Source: Myxococcales bacterium | GTDB lineage: Bacteria > Myxococcota_A > Polyangia > Polyangiales > DASUME01 | Direction of reading: 5' to 3' | Assembly (NCBI GenBank): GCA_047601445.1 | Contig: JASGJH010000001.1 | Location: 384,001 to 448,000, forward strand | Length of the DNA stretch: 64,000 nucleotides | In this document: positions 1-12,096 of the stretch, one piece after another | How positions within the stretch are numbered: the stretch's first letter is position 1 | Layout: each line of letters opens with the position of its first letter | Position numbers and translations under genes: made by a program | The notes under the pieces: model-generated | Seen by the model: the letters and a program-made list of their open reading frames with translations, nothing else | The model's database searches: none | Told to the model about the DNA's origin: nothing

Positions 1-2
1 TC

Positions 3-857
3 GCCAAAGCCGCCACGCTCCACGAAGCGCTCCCTTACATCCGTCGCTTCCACGGGCGCACCGTCGTCATCAAGTACGGCGGGCACGCCATGATCGACCC
101 GGGGCTCCAGCAGAGCTTCGCCCGCGACGTGGTGCTGATGCGCTACGTGGGCATCGACGTGGTGGTGGTGCACGGCGGAGGGCCCCAGATCGACAAGGAG
201 CTGGCGGCCATGGGCGTGGTCTCGGAGCGCATCGACGGACTGCGCGTGACCGATGAGCGCACCATGGAGGTCGTGGAGATGGTGCTGGGCGGGCGCGTCA
301 ACCACGGCATCGTGGCGTTGATCAACAACCAGGGTGGTCGCGCCGTGGGGCTCAACGGACACGACGACCGCTGTGTGCGCGCCGACAAAGTGACCCAGAT
401 GCGCACCAAGAGCGGCAACCTGGTGGATCCCGGGCGTGTGGGCGCTGTGAAGGAAGTGCGCCCGATGGTGATCCGCGGTCTGCTCAAGGAGGGCGTAATC
501 CCCGTGATCGCGCCGGTGGCGGTGGACGACGACGGGCGCTCGCTCAACGTGAACGCCGACACCGTGGCCGGCGCCGTGGCGCGCGCACTCGACGCCGAGA
601 AGTTGGTGCTCATGACCGACATCGAGGGCGTCAAGGACGCGGCGGGCGCGCTGATCGCGTCGCTGACGGCCGGCGATATCGAGCGCCTGAAGCGCGAAGG
701 CGTGATCAGCGGTGGCATGATCCCCAAGGTGGATTGCGCGCTCGACGCGCTGCGCGCGGGCACCTCCAAGGTGCACATCATCGACGGGCGCTTGCGGCAC
801 GCCGTGTTGCTCGAGGTGTTCACCGACAAGGGTGTCGGCACCGAGATCCGGGCCTGA
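3..857 (+). CDS. argB: Acetylglutamate kinase (5' end lies outside the window)
   Basis: Frame is open from base 3 (AKAATLHEALPYIRRFHGRTVVIKYGGHAM). Motifs VHGGGP, NVNAD, LMTDIEG, GGMIPK, HIIDGR and GTEI are present. Confidence 0.97.
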   Translation, partial: AKAATLHEALPYIRRFHGRTVVIKYGGHAMIDPGLQQSFARDVVLMRYVGIDVVVVHGGGPQIDKELAAMGVVSERIDGLRVTDERTMEVVEMVLGGRVNHGIVALINNQGGRAVGLNGHDDRCVRADKVTQMRTKSGNLVDPGRVGAVKEVRPMVIRGLLKEGVIPVIAPVAVDDDGRSLNVNADTVAGAVARALDAEKLVLMTDIEGVKDAAGALIASLTAGDIERLKREGVISGGMIPKVDCALDALRAGTSKVHIIDGRLRHAVLLEVFTDKGVGTEIRA

Positions 858-900
858 CCTGGCACTGCCCGCGCGTGACGGGAAATTGGAGCAGATCGTC

Positions 901-2121
901 ATGACCAAGACCGACAAGCTGATCGAGACCGCCAAGCAGGTGCAGCTCGGCAACTATCGCCCCGCGCCGCTGGTGCTGGCCGAAGGGCACGGGGTTCGCG
1001 TGCGAGACGTCGACGGCCGAGAATACCTCGACCTGTCCGCGGGCCTGGCGGTGACTTCGGTGGGCCACTCCCACCCCAAGCTCGCGCGCGCCATCGCGGA
1101 GCAAGCCTCCAAGCTCATGCACGTATCGAACCTCTGGTACAACGAGCCGGCCATCCTGTTTGCGGTGGCGCTGACGGCGCGCACGGGCTTCGACCGGGTG
1201 TTCTTCTGCAACAGCGGCACCGAAGCCAACGAGGCGCTGCTCAAGCTGGCCCGTCACTATCAGTTCGGTGCGGGCCATCCCGAGCGCGTGGGCATCGTGA
1301 GCACCATCGCGAGCTTCCACGGGCGCACCATGGGCGCGCTCACTTTGACCGGCCAGCCCAAGTACCACGAGGGCATGGGGCCGATGGTGGGTGGCGTCAC
1401 GCACGTGCCCTACGGCGACCTGGCGGCGATGGAAGCCGCGGTGGGAGCCGACACCGCGGCGGTGATCGTGGAGCCCATCCAGGCCGAGGGCGGCATCTTC
1501 GTGCCGAGCTCTGGCTATCTGGCCGGCCTGCGCGCGCTCTGCGATCGCACGGGAGCGCTGTTGCTGTTCGACGAGGTGCAGACCGGTTGCGGCCGTACCG
1601 GCCCATACCTGGGCGGACAAGCGGACGGGGTCACTCCCGACGCCTGCAGCCTCGCCAAGGGCATCGCGGGGGGCTTCCCGCTGGGGGCCATCCTGCTGCG
1701 GGAGAAGTTCGCAGGTGCGCTGCCGCCGGGGACCCACGCCAGTACCTTCGGCGGCAACGCCTTGGCCTGCGCGGCGGGGCTCGCAGTGCTCGAGATTTTC
1801 GAGCAGGAGAACGTGCTGGCCAACGTGGTCGCGCGCGGCGCCGAGCTCGAGGCGCAAACGCGCGCCATCGTGGCCCGCTTCCCCCAGCTGGCCCTGGAGG
1901 CGCGCGGGCGAGGGCTCTTGCGCGGCATCGTGTTGGCCAAGGTGCTCGATCCGGCCGCGGCCCTCGCGCGCCTGCGCGAGCGTGGCGTGTTGGCGACCCT
2001 GGCTGGCGGAAACGTGCTCCGGATTTGTCCTGCCCTTACCATCAGCGCCGAGGAGCTCGCCGAGGGCATGGCCATCGTGGAAAGTGCCTTCGGAGAACTC
2101 GCGCAGGAGATCGCGGCATGA
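901..2121 (+). CDS. argD: Acetylornithine aminotransferase (class III PLP)
   Basis: Motifs NSGTEANE, SFHGRT, EPIQAEGG, FDEVQTG, LAKGIAGG and HASTFGGN. ATG at 901 follows GGAG. Lies between argB and argF. Confidence 0.95.
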   Translation: MTKTDKLIETAKQVQLGNYRPAPLVLAEGHGVRVRDVDGREYLDLSAGLAVTSVGHSHPKLARAIAEQASKLMHVSNLWYNEPAILFAVALTARTGFDRVFFCNSGTEANEALLKLARHYQFGAGHPERVGIVSTIASFHGRTMGALTLTGQPKYHEGMGPMVGGVTHVPYGDLAAMEAAVGADTAAVIVEPIQAEGGIFVPSSGYLAGLRALCDRTGALLLFDEVQTGCGRTGPYLGGQADGVTPDACSLAKGIAGGFPLGAILLREKFAGALPPGTHASTFGGNALACAAGLAVLEIFEQENVLANVVARGAELEAQTRAIVARFPQLALEARGRGLLRGIVLAKVLDPAAALARLRERGVLATLAGGNVLRICPALTISAEELAEGMAIVESAFGELAQEIAA

Positions 2122-3032
2122 CGAACCACTTCTTGACGCTCGATGACCTCGGCACCGAGGGCCTCCTCGCATTGCTCGATCGCAGCGCCGAGTTGAAGCG
2201 TTTGCGTGGCAAGAGCGAGCACCCACGACCGTTGGCGGGCAAGAGCGTCGGCATCCTGTTGGAGAAGAGCTCCACGCGCACCCGCATCTCGTTCGAGGTC
2301 GGCGTGCACGAACTCGGCGGTCTGCCGCTCACCCTCAAGGCCACCGACATTCAGCTCGGGCGCGGCGAGAGCATCGAGGACTCCGCGCGCATGTTCTCGC
2401 GCTTCTTGCACGCCGTGGTGTACCGCACGTTTGGGCACGAGCGCGTGGAGTGCCTGGCCCGCTCCAGCAGCATTCCCGTGATCAACGGCCTCAGCGATCT
2501 ACACCATCCCTGTCAGATCCTGGCCGACCTGCTGACCGTGCGCGAGAACCTCGGCCGCGTGGAGGGCACGCGCGTGGCCTGGATCGGCGACGGCAACAAC
2601 GTGGCGCACTCGTGGATCGAAGCCGCCACACTGCTCGGGTTCGAGCTGATCCTCGCTTGTCCCGAGGGCTACGACCCACATCCCGAGGTGCTCGCCGCGG
2701 CCAAGCGCCGTGGCCGTGGTCGCGTGGAAGTCGTGCGTGACGCCGATTCCGCGTGCCGTGGGGCCGACGTGGTGACGACCGACGTTTGGGTCAGCATGGG
2801 CCAGGAGGGCGAGACCAAGGACCGCAACAAGGTCTTCGAGGGCTACGCCGTGGACGAGCGCCGCATGGAGCTGTCGTCCTCGCACGCTATCTTCCTGCAC
2901 TGTCTGCCTGCCCATCGCGGCGAGGAAGTCACTGCGGCGGTCATCGACGGGCCGCGCTCACGGGTGTGGGACGAAGCCGAAAATCGGCTGCATACACAAA
3001 AAGCGCTGCTCGAACGCCTGATCCAACCCTGA
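2118..3032 (+). CDS. argF: Ornithine carbamoyltransferase
   Basis: Motifs SSTRTR, HPCQ, GDGNN, WVSMG and HCLP. ATGA overlap with argD. Confidence 0.97.
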   Translation: MTNHFLTLDDLGTEGLLALLDRSAELKRLRGKSEHPRPLAGKSVGILLEKSSTRTRISFEVGVHELGGLPLTLKATDIQLGRGESIEDSARMFSRFLHAVVYRTFGHERVECLARSSSIPVINGLSDLHHPCQILADLLTVRENLGRVEGTRVAWIGDGNNVAHSWIEAATLLGFELILACPEGYDPHPEVLAAAKRRGRGRVEVVRDADSACRGADVVTTDVWVSMGQEGETKDRNKVFEGYAVDERRMELSSSHAIFLHCLPAHRGEEVTAAVIDGPRSRVWDEAENRLHTQKALLERLIQP

Positions 3033-3111
3033 CCTGCCGGCTCGCATGCGCACGGCGGGCGTCGCGAGGCTTCGTGCGGCCGGCGCAAACGCGGTATTCT
3101 CCGGTCCAGCC

Positions 3112-4926
3112 ATGAGTGATCCCCTCACACGCGTGCCCGAGCTGGTCCAAGGGCTCGACGTGCGCAAGCTGCCGCTGTCGGCGCTCGAGGGGTTCGTGCT
3201 CTCGCGCATCGATGGCCGCGCGCCTGTGCGTGAAATCGTGGCCGTGACGGGGCTGCCCGCCGAGCAGGTGGTCGCCATGCTGGATCGGCTGTGCAGCCTG
3301 GGGGCGGCACGCTGGAAGGGTGAGGGCTCCATCAGTGGTGCATCGGCCAGGCCGGTGGCGACGCCGCCTGCGCCCGAGCGTCCGGCCGTGCCGCCGGTTC
3401 GCACCGAAGCGACGCGCCCCGCCAGCTCAGCGAGCCCGGCCGCAGCGCGCGACGCCGGCCCCAGCACGCCGCCCACGCGCAAGAAGTCGAGCGGCAACCA
3501 CCCGCCCGTGCGGCGCCCGATGGGTGAATCCGGCGTCAGCCAGCCCCCGCCCGACCTGCGGCGCCCGGCCGTCAGCGCGCCGACCGCGAATTCCCAGGTG
3601 CCGACGACGCCGCCGACAACCAGCAGGGGTGAGGTGTTCGATACTGCCAAGACGGAGCCCGCCATCAAGGCGGTGCCTCCTGGCGACCCGACGCCGACTC
3701 TGTACGACCCGCGCGAACTCGACGAGGAGTGCGAGCTTCCGCGCGAGCGCCGCAAGCAGGTGCTCGACCTCTTCTATCGCCTCAAGGATCTCGACTTCTA
3801 CGAAGCGCTGGAGATCCCCTACGACGCCGACAAGAAGCAAATCCGCAGCGCCTACTTCGCACTCTCCAAGAGCTTTCATCCGGACACGATGTTCCGCAAA
3901 GAGCTCGGCTCCTACAAAGCCAAGATGGAGGCGGTCTTCAGGTATCTCACGGAGGCCTACGACACGCTGAGTAAGAAGAAGGCACGCGACGAGTACGACG
4001 CCTATTTGCAGTCCACCAAGGCCACGCAGATCGCCGAGCGCGCGCTGGTGATGGCGGCGCGCGACCAGGCCGAGGCCGCGCGTGCGGTCCAGGTCGAGGT
4101 CCCACCCCTGCCGCCCATGCCAGGGGGGTTCGGCGGCAGCAGCGAGGTGGAGGTGGCCCCCCCGCGTGAGGCTTCGGACGAAGCCCGTAAGTTGGCCCAG
4201 GAGGTCGTCAGCCGGCGCTTGCGCGGCGTGATGCCCGCGCGCTCCAGCCAGGTTCGCCTGCAGCCCGTGGGGGCCGAGCAGCCGGCTCCTGCTTCACAGC
4301 AGCCCCCCCAGGCTCCTCAGGCCCCCGCCGAGCGCGGCGCCAACCAGCAGCAGCTGCTGCAGCAGCTAGGGCGGGCCCTGAAGGGCGCCAGCGAGGCCAC
4401 GACGGGGCGCCCCGCCGACCGCCTGACCCAGCTACTCGAGGCGTCGCAAGTGGCCCTCGGACAAGGGGAGCTCGAGCAGGCGACCCAGCTCATGCGCCGG
4501 GCCATTTCCCTGGCGCCGGAACGTCCGGACCTGCGCGCGGACTACGAGAAGCTCTCCAAGCAACTCTCCGAGAAGCTGGCCGACGAATACGTGGTGCAGG
4601 CCCAGTTCGAGGCCAAGCACGGCAAGTGGGCCGCGGCTGCCCTCGCGTGGGGCAAAGTGTGCGAGGGCAGGCCCCAGGACTTTGGGGCGCATCGACAGGC
4701 CGCCCTGGCGCTGTTCAAAGTCGGTGGCGACCTACGGAGTGCGCAGAAGTACGCGCAGCAAGCCGTTTTCCTCGCACCGGGAGACGTAGACGCTCGTGTA
4801 CTCCTGGCCCAAATCTATCTGACCTTGGGCCTCAAGCTGAACGCCAAGCGCGAGCTCGACGCTGCGCTGAAGCTGGATCCCGGGAGCGAAATAGTAAAGA
4901 ATCTCCTTTCAGACCTGAAGGGTTAG
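3112..4926 (+). CDS. J-domain (DnaJ-like) protein with N-terminal winged-helix-like domain, Pro-rich linker and C-terminal TPRs
   Basis: J-domain DFYEALEI...IRSAYFALSKSFHPD...EAYDTL; N-terminal EGFVLSRIDG; TPR-like C-terminus; directly upstream of dnaK. Confidence 0.88.
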   Translation: MSDPLTRVPELVQGLDVRKLPLSALEGFVLSRIDGRAPVREIVAVTGLPAEQVVAMLDRLCSLGAARWKGEGSISGASARPVATPPAPERPAVPPVRTEATRPASSASPAAARDAGPSTPPTRKKSSGNHPPVRRPMGESGVSQPPPDLRRPAVSAPTANSQVPTTPPTTSRGEVFDTAKTEPAIKAVPPGDPTPTLYDPRELDEECELPRERRKQVLDLFYRLKDLDFYEALEIPYDADKKQIRSAYFALSKSFHPDTMFRKELGSYKAKMEAVFRYLTEAYDTLSKKKARDEYDAYLQSTKATQIAERALVMAARDQAEAARAVQVEVPPLPPMPGGFGGSSEVEVAPPREASDEARKLAQEVVSRRLRGVMPARSSQVRLQPVGAEQPAPASQQPPQAPQAPAERGANQQQLLQQLGRALKGASEATTGRPADRLTQLLEASQVALGQGELEQATQLMRRAISLAPERPDLRADYEKLSKQLSEKLADEYVVQAQFEAKHGKWAAAALAWGKVCEGRPQDFGAHRQAALALFKVGGDLRSAQKYAQQAVFLAPGDVDARVLLAQIYLTLGLKLNAKRELDAALKLDPGSEIVKNLLSDLKG

Positions 4927-5023
4927 CCGCGGATCCGAGATCGCACTGCGCGATGTTTAGAGCCCGCGGCGTGTGCCAGTCAGTGTTGCTCGCGCGCGGC
5001 TTCGCGTGCTTTCGGGAGCGGGG

Positions 5024-6850
<1,827 letters not shown>

Positions 6851-6854
6851 GCGC

Positions 6855-7655
6855 GTGAAGAAGGGTGACCAAGAACCCAGCGATGGGACACCGCGTGGCG
6901 AATCGCGCGCGGGTGCGGATGGCCGAGGGCCGGACCGCGTGGTCTCCAAGGGCCGTAAGGTCACGCTGACGCTGGAAAGCGTCTCGCTGCACCTGCCTGG
7001 CGAAGAACCGGCGCGCGCTTCGACGCAGGACTCGCTGCCGAGCGTGCCCGCGGTGGGGGTTGCCAGCGATGACCACCTCGACGGCTGGAACGCCGATAGG
7101 ATCCGGCGCTCGAGCTTTCCACCGAGCGCGAGCAAGCAGACGGCAGTGGCCGCCAAGCCGCTCGAGCTCGTCTCCGGGCACGTGTTGGAGGCCAGTGACG
7201 AGGGAGATGCCTTGGCTTTGGCCGGGCGCCGCTCGCGGCCTACGCCCACCCTGGACCTGGTCAGCGAGATGTCCGAGCGTTTTGCCTTGGGGGACTTCAC
7301 GGGCGCGCTACGTGCCGCCGAGCTGGTGCTGGGGCAGGACACCGCGGGACTTCCGCCTGGGGACGCGCGGCTCTCGGCCCAGGACCTGGCGCGCCACTAC
7401 GCCCAGGAAAGCCGCCAGAAACTCGAAGGTCTCTATGTGTCGCGCCTGGACGCCCAGGGCAGGGTGCCCAAATTGGCGGTCCCAGAGAGCGAGATTCGTT
7501 GGCTAGGTCTCGATTCTCGCATGGGTTTTCTCTTGTCACGCATCGACGGAACGAGCGACTACGAGACGATCCTGGAGCTCAGCGGCATGCCGCGCCTGGA
7601 AGCACTGCGCTCGCTGGTAGAACTCGTGGACGCCAAAGTGGTTCGAATTGTGTGA
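6855..7655 (+). CDS. Hypothetical protein with disordered N-terminus and C-terminal GFLLSRIDG winged-helix-like domain
   Basis: GTG 4 nt after the dnaK stop (start uncertain). C-terminus LDSRMGFLLSRIDGTSDYETILELSGMPRLEALRSLVELV. Confidence 0.75.
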   Translation: MKKGDQEPSDGTPRGESRAGADGRGPDRVVSKGRKVTLTLESVSLHLPGEEPARASTQDSLPSVPAVGVASDDHLDGWNADRIRRSSFPPSASKQTAVAAKPLELVSGHVLEASDEGDALALAGRRSRPTPTLDLVSEMSERFALGDFTGALRAAELVLGQDTAGLPPGDARLSAQDLARHYAQESRQKLEGLYVSRLDAQGRVPKLAVPESEIRWLGLDSRMGFLLSRIDGTSDYETILELSGMPRLEALRSLVELVDAKVVRIV

Positions 7656-7740
7656 CAATGTACCTTGGGGCTGTCCGGCTGCGTTCTGCAGCGGTAACTT
7701 GTGATGGTGCGCCGTCTGGCGCCATGCGAAGCGATCTGGT

Positions 7741-9034
7741 TTGAGCGACTCTCCACACGGTCCAAGTACTCTCTGGTTTGCTGCCGCCGCGTGCGTGGTG
7801 CTCGGCGCATTGTGCGCTGCACTCGACGGAGCGCTCAGGACGCTCGGCGAGGCGCGCATCCGCGGTGCGCGTGAAGAACACGAAGGGCAGCGCGCGCGCG
7901 AGGCGGACCGCTATCTGGTCCAGGGGCGTCGCATCCACACGCGGCTCTTGGCGGGACGCGTGGTGTGCTTGGCGTGTGCTGCGGCCATCGCCGCCATGCT
8001 GGGCGGGCAGTGGGGCGGCATCGCTGGAGGCAGCCTCGCCACCGGCGGCGTTTCGCTGGCCTACAGCCTGCTCGCCGAAGCCGCCACCCGCTTCGCGAGC
8101 CGCCGCGCCACCGGTATCGCGTTGTCGCTGATGTCGGTGCTGCGCCCGATCGAGATTTTGTTCTGGCCCTTCGGTGCCGTGATCGGCCTGGTCGGAACGC
8201 TGGTGGACAAGCTGTTTCCCATGCGACCGGAGGACGACCCGGAGCGCATTACCGAGGCCGACGTCGAGTCAGCTGATCGTGCAAGGGCAACAGAGCGGCG
8301 CCATCAATCAGGATCACGCCGCCATGCTGCGCGCCGTGCTCGACTTCCACGACATGACCTCGCGCGAGATCATGGTGCCGCGCACGCAGATGGTGGCGAT
8401 CGAGATCAGCACGCCCATCGACCAGGTGCTGGAGCTCATCATCGAGAGCGGTCACAGCCGCTATCCGGTGTACCGCGAGCGCGCCGATCAGGTGGTCGGC
8501 GTCCTGTACGCGAAGGACTTGTTCCGGGCCGTGCGCGAGCGTGGACACGACTTCAAGCTCTCCGAGGTGGTGCGCAAGGACGTCTTCTTCGTGGCGGAGA
8601 AGCACAAGATTGGCGCGCTGCTCAAGGAAATGCAGTCACGCCGCGTGCACCTGGCCGTGGTCACCGATGAGTTCGGCGGCACCGCCGGCGTGATCACGCT
8701 CGAGGACATCCTCGAGGAGATCGTGGGCGACATTCAGGACGAACACGATCGCGAGGAGCCCGAGGTCCGCATGCTCGGGGCGGGCCGCTACGAAGCCGAC
8801 GCCAGCGTGTCGTTGCATCACCTAGAGGAAGTGGTCGGCGTGCCCTTGAAGCCTCAGGACAGCGCGTCGGACTCCCTGGGCGGCCTGTTGGTGGAGACGG
8901 CCGGGCGCGTGCCGGCGCCGGGTGAGCGCATCGAGCTGGGTGGGCTCGCGTTCACGGTGCTCGACTCCGATGCTCGCAGGGTTCAGCGCGTGGAAATCGG
9001 GCGGGCGAGCTCGGCCACCGACGCGGCAGAGTAG
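7741..9034 (+). CDS. HlyC/CorC (CNNM-CBS-CorC) family membrane protein, interrupted by a +1 frameshift at about 8269
   Basis: TM-rich N-half (ORF at 7741) plus a CBS pair (EIMVPR, SGHSRYPVY, DEFGGTAGVITLEDILEEIVGDIQDE) and CorC domain (ORF at 8279). Removing T8269 joins them as ITEADVE-QLIVQGQQSG. Confidence 0.88.
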
Positions 9035-9077
9035 GGCAGCTCCCGGCCGATCGGGCGCAGAGGTCACGGGGTCTTCG

Positions 9078-9555
9078 ATGTTCGGAGCAGGGCGCGAGAT
9101 GCGCAGCGTGGAAGCGGCGAGTGGCGCATTCCTGCGCGGCGCCCGCTGCGGGCTGGTGATCGGCAAGCGGCTCCCGGCGCTGGAGAACAGTCGCGAAATT
9201 TCCGCGTTGAGCGAGCTCGGCGCGGTTGCGGGAGGCTTCGACGCGGTGTTGTGGCGGCTCGATCGCAACGCACGGACGGCGCTCGGCGAGCTGCGCGTTC
9301 ACCTGCTGCCGGGGGCTCGCTTGTTCTTGCTGGCCGAGCTGGTGCCGAGCGTGTGGGGGGTCACCAGGGAGCTGCTCGGGGGCAAGGAGATCGTGCGCTT
9401 CAGCCGCGAGGTCATTTGTGAAGACGTGCTGGTGTCCGGGCTCTTGAACCCGCGGATCTCGGATCGACACGCCACGACTGTTGGGCATCTCGGCGAGCTT
9501 GCCCGACCCACTCGAGTCGCTCGACGCGGTTTTCGCGCAACCTCCGGTCGGTTAG
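9078..9555 (+). CDS. Hypothetical protein, probably frameshifted at about 9460
   Basis: Fills the gap between genes with GC3-rich codons. Removing C9460 gives ...LLNPRIWIDTPRLLGISASLPDPLESLDAVFAQPPVG* (TAG 9553-9555). The uncorrected frame ends at 9563. Confidence 0.5.
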
Positions 9556-9588
9556 GCCGATAGCTCCCTCGAAATCGAGGGAGGACTC

Positions 9589-10308
9589 ATGTTTCAGCGC
9601 GGCTGGTTTCTGGTGGAGGCACGGGAGGCGCTCCTGGCCGAGACGATTGCCGAAGTTCTGCAGCGCTACGGGGTGGGAAGGGCGCTGCGCGCCGACCTGG
9701 AGGGCGCTGTCGCTCCGTTGCTGCGCGAACGGGGACGTGTCGCGGGCATCGTGGTGGAGCTAGGAGAGGACGCGGTCGAGCGGGTGCAGGCGCTGGCGTG
9801 CCTCGCGCCAGGGCTCCCGCTCCTGGCGCTCAGCCGGAGCGCGGATTGGCAGCTGGTGAACGCGGTGCAACGGTTGGGCGCGGAGCACGCCATGCTGCCC
9901 CTGCAGCTGCCGAACGTGGTGAGCTTCGCGCAGCGCGCGCTCTGCGCGTCATTCTTGCCGCACGCGGGGGTCGCCAGGACCGTGTCGTCGCTGGCGCGGG
10001 CCCGCAAACTGACGGCGCGTGAAGTGCAGATACTGAGCTACTGCCTGGGAAACGAACCGCGGGCACGCGTGCGCCGTCGCCTGGGCATCGCCGAAAACAC
10101 GCTCAAGACGCAGGTGCGCTCGCTGCTCCGCAAGTGCGACGCGCGCAGCGTGGACGCGCTCGCCAAGAACGTGCTGCGCGCCGCCTTGCTGGAGGGACGT
10201 GCTCAGCGCGAACCGGTGTTTCCCTGGGGGCCGCTGGCGGTGGAGCCACTTCGAGGCTTGCCCGGCGAGCCGACACGCGACGACGATGGCCTGGCCGAGA
10301 GCGCGTAG
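9589..10308 (+). CDS. LuxR/NarL-type HTH regulator with degenerate receiver-like N-terminus
   Basis: LTAREVQIL...LGIAENTLKTQVRSLLRK; strong GGAGG SD before ATG. Confidence 0.85.
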   Translation: MFQRGWFLVEAREALLAETIAEVLQRYGVGRALRADLEGAVAPLLRERGRVAGIVVELGEDAVERVQALACLAPGLPLLALSRSADWQLVNAVQRLGAEHAMLPLQLPNVVSFAQRALCASFLPHAGVARTVSSLARARKLTAREVQILSYCLGNEPRARVRRRLGIAENTLKTQVRSLLRKCDARSVDALAKNVLRAALLEGRAQREPVFPWGPLAVEPLRGLPGEPTRDDDGLAESA

Positions 10309-10312
10309 CGTT

Positions 10313-11173
10313 TCAGTTCGCCAGGAGCGCGCCCTCGAGCACTCGGCGGACCTCGCCATCGGTTTCCGTGTGCAATAGGTTGTTGAGGGTATCCTGCGTC
10401 AGTGTCCCGAGCTTCGTCAGAGCGTTGGCGGCGGCGAGCCTCACCAGCGGGAGAAAATAGCTGGTGTCATCGCTCAGCACCGAGAGCAACCGAGGCGTTG
10501 CCAGCTCGGGAACCCGCTCCGTGATGGCCAAAATCGCCGCGATGCTGACCTCGGCGTCCACGTCCTGCACCACATCGAGCACGGGACCCGCACTGGCCGC
10601 GTCCACGCAGCGCGCTAGACCGTGTACGCAGGCTGCACGCGTGACCGGGCTGAAGTAGCCGTCGCGATTCTCCAGGACCTCACGCAGAGCGGCCAGGGCG
10701 CGCGGGGTGCCATGACGCGACAGGGATACGGCTGCGGCCGCCGCGACCTCTGCGCTCTCGTCGCGCAGTGCGCGATGGAGGAGCTCGGCCACGCCTTCCG
10801 CCTGCAACTCTGCGAGTCGGTTCGCGGTGTCGGCACGCACGTGCCAATTGGGATCGGCCATGGATGCCACCAAGGCTTCGAACGAGATCGTCGGTCGACT
10901 CGCGCTGGGCTCGTCGAGGACGGGGCCGTGGGTGGCAGCGGTGCCGTTCGGGGGCGTCGTGGGCGTCGCAGGGGCACGCTGCTGGCGCTCCAAGCGCGCG
11001 CGAGCCGTTTCGAGCAGCTCCTTCAATGCGGGGAAGCGCTGGGCCACCCGCTCGAGCGCCTGACTGCCCATGCGCTGCACGCGCGTCGGTACGGCCTTGC
11101 GCAAGACGCGCTCCACGAGTGGAGCCACACGGAGCCTGGTAATCGCAAGGAGACGTGTTCCCGCTGAGCGCAT
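10313..11173 (-). CDS. HEAT-repeat protein
   Basis: Repeats DPNWHVRADTA, DESAEVAAAAA, DVDAEVSIAAI and DGEVRR. Start uncertain (11173 or 11284). Confidence 0.8.
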   Translation of the reverse strand: MRSAGTRLLAITRLRVAPLVERVLRKAVPTRVQRMGSQALERVAQRFPALKELLETARARLERQQRAPATPTTPPNGTAATHGPVLDEPSASRPTISFEALVASMADPNWHVRADTANRLAELQAEGVAELLHRALRDESAEVAAAAAVSLSRHGTPRALAALREVLENRDGYFSPVTRAACVHGLARCVDAASAGPVLDVVQDVDAEVSIAAILAITERVPELATPRLLSVLSDDTSYFLPLVRLAAANALTKLGTLTQDTLNNLLHTETDGEVRRVLEGALLAN

Positions 11174-11340
11174 GGATGCTGCCCTACCACGCAGGCCTGC
11201 CTTCAAACAGGGCGTGAAGCGGAAACTAGGCATGCTGGATGCGGGTTTTGCGCGCTCGAAATACAGCGGCTTCCGCGATGACATCCGCCCGTCGGCGCAG
11301 CCCGGAGACCTGACTCCAAGCGCGCCCGCGCTCTTCGCGC

Positions 11341-12009
11341 TCAGTATTCGACCCAGTTCTGCTCGACCGTACGTGCACCAGGCGTGGGGGTCAGGATGCT
11401 GTAGTGCGCGATGCGGCCCTCGGGGGCGGCGCCCACCGAGCCCACGTTGACCACGTGAACCCCATCGAGCGCGCGCTGAAAGGGCACATGGCTCGCGCCG
11501 CAGACGACCACGTCGGCAGGATCGTCGGAGACCAAGGCGAGCACCTCGTCGTCGTCCATGTCCTGGGTGATCTCCTGGAAGGGATCGTTCGGCGAGCCGT
11601 GCACCATGATGACCTCGCTGCCGTCGATCAGCGGCACGCGCAGGCTGAGCGGCAGACGGCGCAAGCTCTCCAGCACCAACTCTCCCACGGTCCGCCGCGT
11701 CCACAGGAAGGCCTCAAGCTTCTGTCGCTCGATGTCGTTCATGGGGACCAACTTGCTGGCATCCACGCTGCACAGGGCCGAGTCGCTGATGCCGCGCACG
11801 CAATGGGCCTTGATCTCGGTCAAGCGTCGCCATACCCCAAGTGGGTCGGGACCACCGTTGAGTAGGTCCCCAGCCACGTACACGCGCTTCACCCCGCGGC
11901 GCAGGTTTTCCTCGAGAACGGCGTCGAGCGCGTCCAGCCGCCCATGGATGTCGGAGATGAGCAGCATGGGCTCGGAGACGGGCGCACGTGAGGAGTCGAG
12001 GGAAGCCAC
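11341..12009 (-). CDS. Calcineurin-like metallophosphoesterase (YfcE-like) with altered ligand motifs
   Basis: SDIHG, AGDL, VHGSP and VNVGSVG are present, but GISD replaces GNHD and GASH replaces GHTH. Confidence 0.85.
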   Translation of the reverse strand: MASLDSSRAPVSEPMLLISDIHGRLDALDAVLEENLRRGVKRVYVAGDLLNGGPDPLGVWRRLTEIKAHCVRGISDSALCSVDASKLVPMNDIERQKLEAFLWTRRTVGELVLESLRRLPLSLRVPLIDGSEVIMVHGSPNDPFQEITQDMDDDEVLALVSDDPADVVVCGASHVPFQRALDGVHVVNVGSVGAAPEGRIAHYSILTPTPGARTVEQNWVEY

Positions 12010-12096
12010 GTGCGGAATCTAGCTTCGTGGGCCGGCTTCGGCCAACGCGCGCGAACTTGAGAATCGCTCGCTTGGCCAGTTACGATCTGCAAGTCC

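Noticed and set aside
860..875. sigma54-like TGGCAC site between argB and argD
   Set aside because: It lacks TTGC at -12 and lies in a 43-bp spacer inside an operon.
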